DNA of 41,101 bases from sequence record SRR31156797_10923. One strand, 5' to 3'. Both the position numbers and the translations under genes were made by a program. Shown here piece after piece: positions 19,652-28,734 of the stretch. Position 1 is the stretch's first letter, and each line of letters starts with the position of its first letter. The notes beneath the pieces were generated by a model that saw nothing but the letters and a program-made list of their open reading frames with translations, was not told the DNA's origin and did not search any database.

Positions 19652-20881
19652 ATGAAAGTACTTCATTTATGTGGGAAAGACTTTTGGGGAGCAGGGCGTG
19701 CAGCTTATCGTTTGCACAAAGGTTTGCTCGAAGCCGGCGTGGATAGTAAAATGTGGGTGGGAGCTAAAAGAACAGATGATGATACGGTTGTGGACATTCA
19801 GGCGGGAAAGTGGAATAAAAAACTGACAAAGGTTTATTTGAATCTGGAAAAGGTAATTATAAAGCTGAAAGCCAAAGGAACTAAAGAGATGTTTTCGTTA
19901 GGTAGACCTGCACATTCCGTTCGAAGCTTAATCAAAAAAGAAAAGCCGGATATCATTCATTTGCATTGGATCAATAGAGGTTTTATGCAATTGAAGGATT
20001 TAAAAAAGTTAAATATTCCGGTTGTTATTTCTTTACATGATATGTGGTGGTTTACCGGTGGTTGTCATTATGATGAAGAATGTAGCTTATATGCAAGAGC
20101 ATGCGGAAATTGTCCGGTTCTGGTTCAGGATGGCGAAATTGGTCTAAGTTTTAGGCATTTGGCTTTTAAAAGAGAAGTACTGAAGAGTGTAGATAAACTT
20201 ACTTTGGTTGGTTTAAGCAATTGGATGAAAGAAAGTGCTCAAAGCAGTTTAATTGGAAGTGATCAGCGCGTGATAAATCTTCCGAATGGATTAAATGTCG
20301 ATAATTTTGCGCCTCAGGATAAAATTAAAAGTCGTGAAAAGCTAGGTTTTCCCAAAGATAAAAAGCTGATTATGTTTGCAGCTGTTGATGCTTTATCCGA
20401 AAGCAGAAAAGGTTATCAATATATCAGTGAGGCCTTGAGTACATTAGATAATCAGTACGAAGTTATTGTTATAGGAGAAAAGAGTACAGCTAAAGAGGTG
20501 AGTGGATTAAAAGCTTATTTTCCTGGAGAGATTAAGGATGATCAACTTATGGTGGATTATATGTCGGCAGCTGATGTTGCTGTTGTTCCTTCGCTACAGG
20601 AAAACTTATCTAATATGATTTTAGAAAGCTTATCCTGTGCAACACCGGTTGTAGCTTTTAACGTAGGAGGAAATGGAGATATGATTGTTCATCAACAAAA
20701 TGGTTATCTGGCTAAATTAAGAGATACACAAGATTTAGCGGATGGACTGGTTTATTGTTGTGATGAAAGCAGGAATGAGTATTTATCAACAAAAGCAAGG
20801 GAACGTGTATTGAATAAATTTGATATCAGAAAAGTTGCCTTGCAGTATAAAGAAGAATACGAAAATATTGTCAGGAGTTAA
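19652..20881 (+). CDS. Glycosyltransferase family 4 (WcaC-like)
   Basis: Motifs GAGRAAYRLH, DIIHLHW, LHDMWWFTGGCHY, RKG, PSLQENLSNMILES..TPVVAF. Confidence 0.88.
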   Translation: MKVLHLCGKDFWGAGRAAYRLHKGLLEAGVDSKMWVGAKRTDDDTVVDIQAGKWNKKLTKVYLNLEKVIIKLKAKGTKEMFSLGRPAHSVRSLIKKEKPDIIHLHWINRGFMQLKDLKKLNIPVVISLHDMWWFTGGCHYDEECSLYARACGNCPVLVQDGEIGLSFRHLAFKREVLKSVDKLTLVGLSNWMKESAQSSLIGSDQRVINLPNGLNVDNFAPQDKIKSREKLGFPKDKKLIMFAAVDALSESRKGYQYISEALSTLDNQYEVIVIGEKSTAKEVSGLKAYFPGEIKDDQLMVDYMSAADVAVVPSLQENLSNMILESLSCATPVVAFNVGGNGDMIVHQQNGYLAKLRDTQDLADGLVYCCDESRNEYLSTKARERVLNKFDIRKVALQYKEEYENIVRS

Positions 20882-20888
20882 AAGAAGT

Positions 20889-22115
20889 ATGTTAAACGTT
20901 TCAAAAATAACGGATTATCTCCTGGTGTATTTGTTAATCGCATTTTCAGGAGTGCCATTTTTCTATAGAGCCCAAATTGCAATGATGATTGCGTTTTTGG
21001 CCTTTCCGGCAGGTGTGTTTTATTATCGCCAAAGAAAACTGGATCGTTTTTTTGTGTATTATATTTTAGGTGCTCTTGTTGTTCAGTTTGGACAGATGCT
21101 AAAGTTATATGAGTTACCCTTACAAACCTATGTAGGCCTTCATATTCGTCTTATTTTTGGATATTTGACCATTAAAGCAGTTGGTAAGAAGACAGTAAAT
21201 TATTATGTGGATATTTTAGTGTTTTCGGTTTTTAGTAGTTTGATTTTTTATATTCCATCTTATTCTAATGGCTTTGAAAATTTCCTTAAAAATAGCCTGG
21301 CGCCATTACTTGAAAATCCGCTGATTAAAAAGAGTAATTACAGGGTTTGGCCAAGTGTTATTTTGTATACGATAAATCCGAGAGGAGAGGGGATTTCATG
21401 GCTAAAAAGAAATTCAGGGCCTTTTTGGGAGCCGGGAGCTTTTTCTGGTTTTTTAATAGTGGCTTTATTATTCAATATTATTCAGACAGGAAGGTTAAAT
21501 AATAAAAAAAATAAAATTCTAATAGCAGGAATAATCTCCACATTTTCAACCTCTGGTGTCATGGTTGTGGCCTTTGTTATATTAGGGTATATGACCATTA
21601 CACGTGATGTTATCAAAAGATTTATATGGGTTCCTCTTTTGCTTGTAGGTGCCATTGTTGCGTTTTTTAGTTTCGATTTTTTAGGTGCAAAGGTGATCAG
21701 TAAAATGCAGTATACCGACAAATCTTATAATACTCGTTTTAAAAGTGCTCAAATAGATTTTGAGGACTTCTTACGTCATCCGTTTTTGGGTTTAGGGAGG
21801 TCTGAGGGAACTCGTTTTAAAGGAGAACAAAGTGCCAGAGCTATCCACAGGAATAATGGAGTTACAAATCATTTGGTGATGTATGGAGGTATTGCATTTA
21901 TTATATATTTCTATTTGATGTACCTCACTTTTTACAGATTGTGTGAATCTCATCAGGTTGATAAGCGAATGGCTATGATTGCCTTAATTACAATATGGCT
22001 TATCGGTTTTTCGCAAATATATTTTGTTAAAGTGTTTTTTATGACTTTAACCTTAATGCCTGTTTTATATTTCAAAAAAAATAAAAAAGAGGATTCAACA
22101 TTAGAATTAGAATAG
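20889..22115 (+). CDS. Wzy polymerase/O-antigen ligase-like multipass membrane protein
   Basis: About 10 hydrophobic segments with RNSGPFWEPG, TFSTSG, HPFLGLG. Start set at the ATG at 20889, just after the previous stop. Confidence 0.75.
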   Translation: MLNVSKITDYLLVYLLIAFSGVPFFYRAQIAMMIAFLAFPAGVFYYRQRKLDRFFVYYILGALVVQFGQMLKLYELPLQTYVGLHIRLIFGYLTIKAVGKKTVNYYVDILVFSVFSSLIFYIPSYSNGFENFLKNSLAPLLENPLIKKSNYRVWPSVILYTINPRGEGISWLKRNSGPFWEPGAFSGFLIVALLFNIIQTGRLNNKKNKILIAGIISTFSTSGVMVVAFVILGYMTITRDVIKRFIWVPLLLVGAIVAFFSFDFLGAKVISKMQYTDKSYNTRFKSAQIDFEDFLRHPFLGLGRSEGTRFKGEQSARAIHRNNGVTNHLVMYGGIAFIIYFYLMYLTFYRLCESHQVDKRMAMIALITIWLIGFSQIYFVKVFFMTLTLMPVLYFKKNKKEDSTLELE

Positions 22116-22134
22116 TTTTTATCGGAGTTAGTTT

Positions 22135-23007
22135 ATGAAGGTATTTGTAGTTATCGCAGTTTTTAATAGGAAGGAATATACACTTCAGTGCTTGAAATTA
22201 TTAAAGGAGCAAACTTATAAAAACCTGCATGTTGTTATAGTAGATGATGGTTCAAAGGATGGAACGCAGGATGATATAAAAGCACAGTTTCCGGAGACTA
22301 TAATAGTAAATGGAACGGGAGATTGGTGGTGGACAAAGTCAATGAATGAAGGTTGTAAAGCAGCTATTAAAAATGGAGCAGAACTGATAGTTACCTTAAA
22401 TAATGATACCTTATTTCAAGCTGATTTAATAGAAAAACTGGTCGCATTACATACTGAAAATCCAAAGGCAATCATTGGAACGATAAACCTGGTAAAAAAA
22501 GATAAAGAGTATATTTTCTTTTCTGGACTTAAAAATATTAGTTGGTGGAAAGCAAAGGAAGTGAAGTATCATAAGGCTTTTACTCCACTAACGCCTGAAA
22601 CAACAGGTCTTCATCCTACAAAATGTCTGAATGGAAGAGGAACCTTAATTCCGGTTTCGGTTTTTAATGAGGTGAATGGTTATGATGAAGGATTTCCACA
22701 GTATGCCTCAGATTATGACTTATCTTTACGTATTCAAAAAAAGGGTTATCCATGTTTAATGAGTTATGATACTCCTGTGCATTCCTTTATCGAAGAGACA
22801 GGAGGAGGGAAGAGCTTTATTAAGCAATCCACACTTACTTTTCTAAAATCATTTTTTAATCCTTATTCACAAACAAGTTTTAAAATGTCGTTTCGATATT
22901 ATAAGGCTCATGCACCTAAGAGTGTATTTTTTCTTGGATTTATATTACTTCAGTTTAGGTTGATTTTTGCTTTTTATAAAAAACGCAACTTATTAGAAAA
23001 ATTATGA
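22135..23007 (+). CDS. Glycosyltransferase family 2
   Basis: Motifs VVIVDDGSKDGT, WWTKSMN, LNNDT, YDEGFPQYASDYD. Confidence 0.88.
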   Translation: MKVFVVIAVFNRKEYTLQCLKLLKEQTYKNLHVVIVDDGSKDGTQDDIKAQFPETIIVNGTGDWWWTKSMNEGCKAAIKNGAELIVTLNNDTLFQADLIEKLVALHTENPKAIIGTINLVKKDKEYIFFSGLKNISWWKAKEVKYHKAFTPLTPETTGLHPTKCLNGRGTLIPVSVFNEVNGYDEGFPQYASDYDLSLRIQKKGYPCLMSYDTPVHSFIEETGGGKSFIKQSTLTFLKSFFNPYSQTSFKMSFRYYKAHAPKSVFFLGFILLQFRLIFAFYKKRNLLEKL

Positions 23008-23972
23008 TTTCATTTATTTTAATAGGACGAAACGAAGGTTGGCGTTTGGAGTTGTGCTTAAAAAGTACTGTTAAGGCAATTGAAGAGACTAATCTAAATG
23101 CAGAAATTATTTATGTAGATTCTCAATCTACAGACAACAGCGTTAGGATTGCATCCGGGATTAAAGGAGTGAAAGCTTTTTTAATTACAGGAACTTATAA
23201 TGCAGCTATTGCGCGCAATATTGGAGTGAAGGAAGCTCAGGGAGAAAATCTTATTTTTCTGGATGGAGATATGGAAATTAATCCGGAGTTTTTACAACTC
23301 ATTCTGGATGAAAATGAGAAATTAAAGTACGATTTTGTTTCCGGTAATTTTATGAATTACTATTATGATTATGATGGTAATTTTTTAAACAAAGATTATT
23401 ACCGAAAAATTTATGTAGAAAAGGATACAAAGCAATATACTACTGGAGGACTGTTTGCCATTAAAAGAAAGCATTGGGAAGCCGTCGGAGGCATGAAAAA
23501 TAAATATAAAAAAGCGCAGGATTTAGATTTAGGTTTTCGTTTGGCCAGAAAAGGAATTTATTTGTTGAGGAAAAAAGAGTTGATGGCCAATCATCATACA
23601 GTAGATTATAAGAATGAAAAGCGATTGTGGCGCTCGTTTTTAGATGGATCGTTTGTTTATCCAAGATCAGTGCTTTACAGGGATCATATCTTCAATAAAT
23701 ATGTTTTAAAACGAATGCTATCCAGTGATCCTACCTGGCTATTGTTAATAGCTATGATTGCTATTGCTGCAATTTTTAAGTGTATTATTCCATTGTTTGT
23801 ATATCTGGTTTTATCAACAATGGCAGTTGTTTTTTCAATGAGAAAAACTGGAATTAAAGGTTTGTTTAACCGTTTATTAAGTCATATACTTAGGGATTTG
23901 TATAATATCTTTTCTTTTCTTTTCTTTTATCCAAGCAATAATATCAAAGTAGAATACAAAGAAATCAAGTAA
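23004..23972 (+). CDS. Glycosyltransferase family 2 with C-terminal membrane segment
   Basis: Motifs IGRNEG, YVDSQSTD, ARNIG, FLDGD; hydrophobic C-terminal stretch; ATGA overlap with the previous gene. Confidence 0.88.
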   Translation: MISFILIGRNEGWRLELCLKSTVKAIEETNLNAEIIYVDSQSTDNSVRIASGIKGVKAFLITGTYNAAIARNIGVKEAQGENLIFLDGDMEINPEFLQLILDENEKLKYDFVSGNFMNYYYDYDGNFLNKDYYRKIYVEKDTKQYTTGGLFAIKRKHWEAVGGMKNKYKKAQDLDLGFRLARKGIYLLRKKELMANHHTVDYKNEKRLWRSFLDGSFVYPRSVLYRDHIFNKYVLKRMLSSDPTWLLLIAMIAIAAIFKCIIPLFVYLVLSTMAVVFSMRKTGIKGLFNRLLSHILRDLYNIFSFLFFYPSNNIKVEYKEIK

Positions 23973-23992
23973 CGTTACCATCAAAAATAACA

Positions 23993-24037
23993 ATGTCGTT
24001 TACGTTGGATTCTATGAGAATCTTTCATAAACGACAT
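23993..24037. repeat. Inverted repeat/hairpin between convergent genes
   Basis: Perfect 10-bp arms ATGTCGTTTA / TAAACGACAT plus an inner GATTCT-ATG-AGAATC. Confidence 0.65.
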
Positions 24038-24068
24038 CGAAAATTAGTAATAAAAGAATTGTTCTTAA

Positions 24069-24764
24069 TTACATGATAATATTTACTTTACTTGTAACTA
24101 CCTGTCCAGAATCGTAAGTTACCTTTTTAATATAAATACCGTTTGATAGTTTTTGAACATCATCAGCTACAAATACACCGTTAATACCATAATACTCCGT
24201 TTTAACAATAGTACCTGTAATTACTACATCATCAATATCAGTTGTACCTGATTCTTCGGCTATAACACGATACAAATTGATACCACTTGATCTTGATTCT
24301 ACATAGATAGTAGTGGCTACTCCTCCGGCATATTCACCAGAAAAGCTCAATAAACTACAGCAATCTACATTACCTCCAAATACTAAACTTTCAGCCAAAT
24401 GATTACCAGCATATACATCTACATATCTGTCCGATGCACTCGAACTTGAAGACATAGCCATAACAGTAATTGTAGCATTCCCACTAACGTCAAATGCCAA
24501 TACACGTGCTGAAGGAGTATTGTCATCTGTCCATCTCGCAGAACCACCAAATTTCAAACGTTGGGTGTAACTTACGCCATCTAATTCTTTACCGTTTGAA
24601 TCAATCACAATTGATTTATCATCATCCGCATAAATTGTTAATCCGTTTACAACATAACTATCATCAGTATAAGTTCCGGCTGTCATGTCAGATACATTCC
24701 AGTCTTGTGCACGAACACCGATAATAGTTCCTAAACAAAATAAAAGTGTAAAAATCTTTTTCAT
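24069..24764 (-). CDS. Small secreted beta-rich protein with T9SS-type C-terminal sorting tail
   Basis: Sec signal ending VRA-Q; beta-strand-like core (YTQRLKFGGS, ITVMAMSSSSS, GINLY); tail TDIDDV...EYYGING...LSNGIYIKKV.....TSKV. Confidence 0.7.
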   Translation of the reverse strand: MKKIFTLLFCLGTIIGVRAQDWNVSDMTAGTYTDDSYVVNGLTIYADDDKSIVIDSNGKELDGVSYTQRLKFGGSARWTDDNTPSARVLAFDVSGNATITVMAMSSSSSASDRYVDVYAGNHLAESLVFGGNVDCCSLLSFSGEYAGGVATTIYVESRSSGINLYRVIAEESGTTDIDDVVITGTIVKTEYYGINGVFVADDVQKLSNGIYIKKVTYDSGQVVTSKVNIIM

Positions 24765-24984
24765 AAAAATCTTTTTTAAGGTTAATTAATAATTGTAAAA
24801 CTATGGAATTGATGGCGTAGTTAAGGGGGATTAATGTTTGTTTTAGGGGTGTCAAATTACCTAAAGCCTTGGTTGATTGGTTGAAATGTTAACTCTAAAT
24901 ATGAGATTGCATTCATGGTAATCATCTAAGAAAGAATTCAGCAGGAAATGATTTTTTGGATTCACCTAAAAAATTACTCATTCT

Positions 24985-25028
24985 TAACTTTGCATATTTA
25001 ATATTGTCAAGAATTACTTTTACATTTG
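24985..25028 (+). promoter_or_regulatory. Two candidate -7 elements upstream of the hydrolase-like gene
   Basis: TAACTTTG at 24985-24992 and TACATTTG at 25021-25028. Confidence 0.45.
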
Positions 25029-25115
25029 TTTTACTGCACAGAAAAAGACGCAAAATTGTAGGGTAAATTAATAGTAGCAAAAAAGAATCTAAGTTGTATT
25101 TAAAATTTAAATTCG

Positions 25116-26339
25116 ATGCTATTTTCAGATTTGAGCGTTAACCTTAAGGAATCTTTTATTCAAAAACACATCCATTGCGAAATAGATAGCTTTAAGATTT
25201 ACAAATTACCTTTTTCTTCGAATTCAGCCTTTGTATTACCAGGAGAAAATAAACGTTGTTGTAATATTCACGATGAGCATTTTGAAGGGTTTTACAATGG
25301 CGATCACATAAAGGAAGATGTTCGTCATGAAGTAAATGTTAAAGATGTTGATGTAAAGGAAAATACACAATTTAATTACTACTTATTAATGCCCAAAACA
25401 TGCACTAAAGTAGATAAGGTTGTGTTGTTGTTTCATGGTTTCAACGAAAAAAGTTGGGACAAGTATTTGTCATGGGGAGCCATAATGGCTGAGAAATTGC
25501 AATGTGGAGTAGTGTTTTTTCCTTTGGCCTTTCATATGCAAAGAGCTCCATCTGCCTGGAGTGATAAAAGGAAAATGTTTGAATTAAGTAACCTGCGTAA
25601 AAAACAATTTCCCAATGTTCTTAATTCAACCTTGTCTAATGCAGCCATTAGTGTTCGGATGCAATCTTTGCCTCAACGCTTTATTTGGTCAGGTTTACAA
25701 ACTTATTATGATGTTATTCAATGGGTAGAGCAAATGAAAAATGGAGGTGTGGAATGGATTCATCCGAATGCTTCCATTGATATTTTTGCCTATTCTATTG
25801 GAGGCTTTTTAGGCGAAATATTAATGTTGACCAATCATAAGGATTACTTCAGTAAGAGTAAGTTGTGTTTGTTTTGTAGTGGACCTGTTTTTAATCGTTT
25901 ATCACCGGTATCAAAATTTATTTTAGATAGCGAAGCCAATGTTGCATTGTACTCCTACCTGGCAGAGCATTTTGATGCTTTCCTGGAAAAGGATAAGTAC
26001 TTAAAACATTTTATGGATGGTGATCATCTTGAAGGTAAGGTCTTTCATTCCATGTTAGAATTTAAACGTTTAAGAAAATATAGAGAATCGTTACTTAAAA
26101 AACGAGAAAAGCAGATATATGCCATCGGTTTAAAAAATGATGCTGTTATTCCGGTTTTTGAAATGGTTAACACCTTAAAAGGAGCTTATCGCGATATTCA
26201 AATTAAAGTTGATGAAATGGATTTTGATTTCCAGTATACGCACGAAACACCTTTCCCAAATCATAGAGATAAAAAGGAAGAGGTGAATATAGCGTTTGAG
26301 GAAGTGTTTGAAAAGGTATGCGACTTTTTGCAGGATTAA
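25116..26339 (+). CDS. Alpha/beta-hydrolase-fold protein (DUF6051-like)
   Basis: Motifs LFHGFNEKSWDKY, PLAFHM.RAP, AYSIGG (nucleophile-elbow-like), NDAVIP, YTHETPF. Confidence 0.7.
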   Translation: MLFSDLSVNLKESFIQKHIHCEIDSFKIYKLPFSSNSAFVLPGENKRCCNIHDEHFEGFYNGDHIKEDVRHEVNVKDVDVKENTQFNYYLLMPKTCTKVDKVVLLFHGFNEKSWDKYLSWGAIMAEKLQCGVVFFPLAFHMQRAPSAWSDKRKMFELSNLRKKQFPNVLNSTLSNAAISVRMQSLPQRFIWSGLQTYYDVIQWVEQMKNGGVEWIHPNASIDIFAYSIGGFLGEILMLTNHKDYFSKSKLCLFCSGPVFNRLSPVSKFILDSEANVALYSYLAEHFDAFLEKDKYLKHFMDGDHLEGKVFHSMLEFKRLRKYRESLLKKREKQIYAIGLKNDAVIPVFEMVNTLKGAYRDIQIKVDEMDFDFQYTHETPFPNHRDKKEEVNIAFEEVFEKVCDFLQD

Positions 26340-26342
26340 AAG

Positions 26343-26381
26343 AAAAAAGCTTGGTCTCATAATGTGAAACCAAGCTTTTTT
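26343..26381. terminator. Bidirectional intrinsic terminator
   Basis: AAAAAAGCTTGGT...ACCAAGCTTTTTT between convergent genes. Confidence 0.85.
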
Positions 26382-26488
26382 ATATTTTAATATAAGTTCG
26401 TTAAGTATTATAGTTCACCTTTAACAAACCCGTTGAACGCCGTGTAAATAATTCTAAAATCTTATGTCTATAGTCTAACGATCTATTA

Positions 26489-27826
26489 TTAAGCAACAAT
26501 TACTTTAACCATTTCTCCTTCAAGTGAGAATTTGGCAGCAGCAGTTACTTTTAATTCAATAATCTGACCAATTAGACTTTCGTCGCTGGATTCGAAACGT
26601 ATAACTAATTTACCATCTGTATGTCCCGAAAGGTATCCTGGTTTTCTGTCGTGTTCACGAACTAGTACTTTAACCGTCTTTCCAACCATTGATTTGTTAT
26701 AATCGTAGGTGTGTTTTGCTAATTCTTCACTCAAAACAGCATACCTTCTTTTCTTTTCTTCCAAAGGAATATTGTCTTCCCAACGATAAGAAGCTGCACC
26801 TGGACGTGGAGAATACATCGCTATATACGCCATATTATATTTGAATTCTTCCATAATTTTACGAGTGTTTTCGAATTGTTCATCCGTTTCATCCGTAAAA
26901 CCAACAATAATATCTGTAAATACAGTAGCTTGTGGAAGAATCTCTCTTAAGGCTGTCATACTTTCCCTGTACTTGGCCACAGAGTGTTTGCGGTTCATTT
27001 TTATCAGTACTTTTTCATCGCCACTTTGCAATGGAAAATGTATTTGCTTACCTAAACAGTCATACTTTGCAATGATATGGAAAATATCAGTGGTCATGTC
27101 TCTAGGGTGAGGAGAGGTAAAGTAAACCCAAAATTCATTGTCAATATCTTCTCCAATCTGACCCACTTTTTCCAACAGTTCAGGGAATGAAATTTCTTTA
27201 CCATCTTTATCCAGACCATACGAATTTACATTCTGTCCCAACAAAGTAATGGTTTTATATCCTTTTTCGGCAAGCTCTTTTACTTCCTGCAAAATTTCCT
27301 CCGAAGGTCGGGAGATTTCTCTTCCTCTGGTATAAGGAACAGCACAGTAAGTACAAAACTTATTACATCCATTCTGAATTGGAACAAAAGCTTCAAAGCT
27401 ACTGTCGTATTTAGGCTTTACTTTCCAGAATAATTTAATTTCATCAACCGGAGATTGTGGTTCCGCAATTAATGATAAAGGATTTGCAATACCATATTCA
27501 CCCAGCATTTGTGGAAGTTGAGGTAGTTCCGGCATCGTGAAAACAATATCAAATAATTTAAGAAAACGTTCCTTATCTGCCGGAAGCATACAACCCGAAA
27601 TAAAAGTGACCAGGTTCTTTTTATCCTTCCATTTATTCCATTTTGATATTTTGGAGTAGACTTTATCAATGGCTTTTTGGCGAACTGAGCATGCAAGTAT
27701 CCCAATAAAATTCGCTTCCTCCTCCGTTTCAACTTTTACGCAACCTGCCGCATCTAATACCGACGAAACACGTTCCGAATCACTCATGTTCATTTGACAA
27801 CCAAGTGTCAGTAAAAAGTACTTCAT
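26489..27826 (-). CDS. miaB: tRNA-2-methylthio-N6-dimethylallyladenosine synthase
   Basis: GCQMN..DSE, CSVR, radical SAM motif CNKFCTYC, VPYTRGRE.SR, LLGQNVNSYG, TSPHP, C-terminal TRAM domain. Confidence 0.92.
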   Translation of the reverse strand: MKYFLLTLGCQMNMSDSERVSSVLDAAGCVKVETEEEANFIGILACSVRQKAIDKVYSKISKWNKWKDKKNLVTFISGCMLPADKERFLKLFDIVFTMPELPQLPQMLGEYGIANPLSLIAEPQSPVDEIKLFWKVKPKYDSSFEAFVPIQNGCNKFCTYCAVPYTRGREISRPSEEILQEVKELAEKGYKTITLLGQNVNSYGLDKDGKEISFPELLEKVGQIGEDIDNEFWVYFTSPHPRDMTTDIFHIIAKYDCLGKQIHFPLQSGDEKVLIKMNRKHSVAKYRESMTALREILPQATVFTDIIVGFTDETDEQFENTRKIMEEFKYNMAYIAMYSPRPGAASYRWEDNIPLEEKKRRYAVLSEELAKHTYDYNKSMVGKTVKVLVREHDRKPGYLSGHTDGKLVIRFESSDESLIGQIIELKVTAAAKFSLEGEMVKVIVA

Positions 27827-27845
27827 TTATAATTTCAATTTCTTT

Positions 27846-28511
27846 CTAAAAGTAAACTTCTGCATGAATTTGCTCATTGGGTATACCTTTATTCTCAAGT
27901 ATATCATAAGCATCATGTATCATGTTACAATTTCCGCACAAATATACTTCAGAATCTTTATCTATCTTTAATTCTTGCAAATAATTTGTTATTCTTCCCG
28001 TGTAATCTCCACTTTGGTCCCTAGAAGAACAAAGCGTATACTTGCCTTGCTGGTATTCATTCCTTTCATATCCTTCCTGCGCAGTTCTTACTCCGTGCAC
28101 TAAATTATAATCTAATTCAGGATAAGATTTAATCATACAATGAAATGGAGAAATCCCCGTTCCTGTTGCTATAAAAAGGTACTTTTTATTTAATTTCTCT
28201 TTTTTATTTAAAGAAAAATAGCCAACAGGTTCTTCTACCACAACGGAGTCACCCACTTTTAATTTCTTCAGAACGGGCGTAATTAATCCGTTTTGTACCT
28301 CTTTTACTAATATTTCAATAAAAGGATCGTTCTCAGCACTATATATAGAATATTCACGAGTGTGAATACCATTAGGAGGTCCAACACAAACATGTTGACC
28401 TGCTGTAAATTCTAAATCTTTTTTTTCAAATCGAATTACAAATGCCGCCTCTGTTAAATGCCTGATCTCTAAAATCTCATGTAAATTCAATCTCTGTCTG
28501 CTTGTACTCAT
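27846..28511 (-). CDS. Ferredoxin--NADP+ reductase-like FAD/NAD-binding oxidoreductase
   Basis: Motifs FTAGQ, REYSI.S, ATGTGISPF, HGVR, YLCG, C-terminal EVYF. Confidence 0.85.
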   Translation of the reverse strand: MSTSRQRLNLHEILEIRHLTEAAFVIRFEKKDLEFTAGQHVCVGPPNGIHTREYSIYSAENDPFIEILVKEVQNGLITPVLKKLKVGDSVVVEEPVGYFSLNKKEKLNKKYLFIATGTGISPFHCMIKSYPELDYNLVHGVRTAQEGYERNEYQQGKYTLCSSRDQSGDYTGRITNYLQELKIDKDSEVYLCGNCNMIHDAYDILENKGIPNEQIHAEVYF

Positions 28512-28734
28512 TATATATTTTCTTATTTATTTTTTGATTGGGTTGAATATGAAGTTCAGAAATACTTGCAATGTATTCCGAATCATCCTGCTGCGTAATT
28601 AACCCTTGGTTTATTAATTTGTTCATCTTTTTTACATACTTAATCAAAGTATATTCTCCGGATATTTTATATTTTTAATGATTCTTTTTAAATCATTATT
28701 ATATTAAGTAAGGAAATCTTAATTACGTTATTAT

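Noticed and set aside
20820..20888. Upstream extension of the Wzy-like ORF
   Set aside because: It overlaps the preceding GT4 gene; the ATG at 20889 follows the stop directly.
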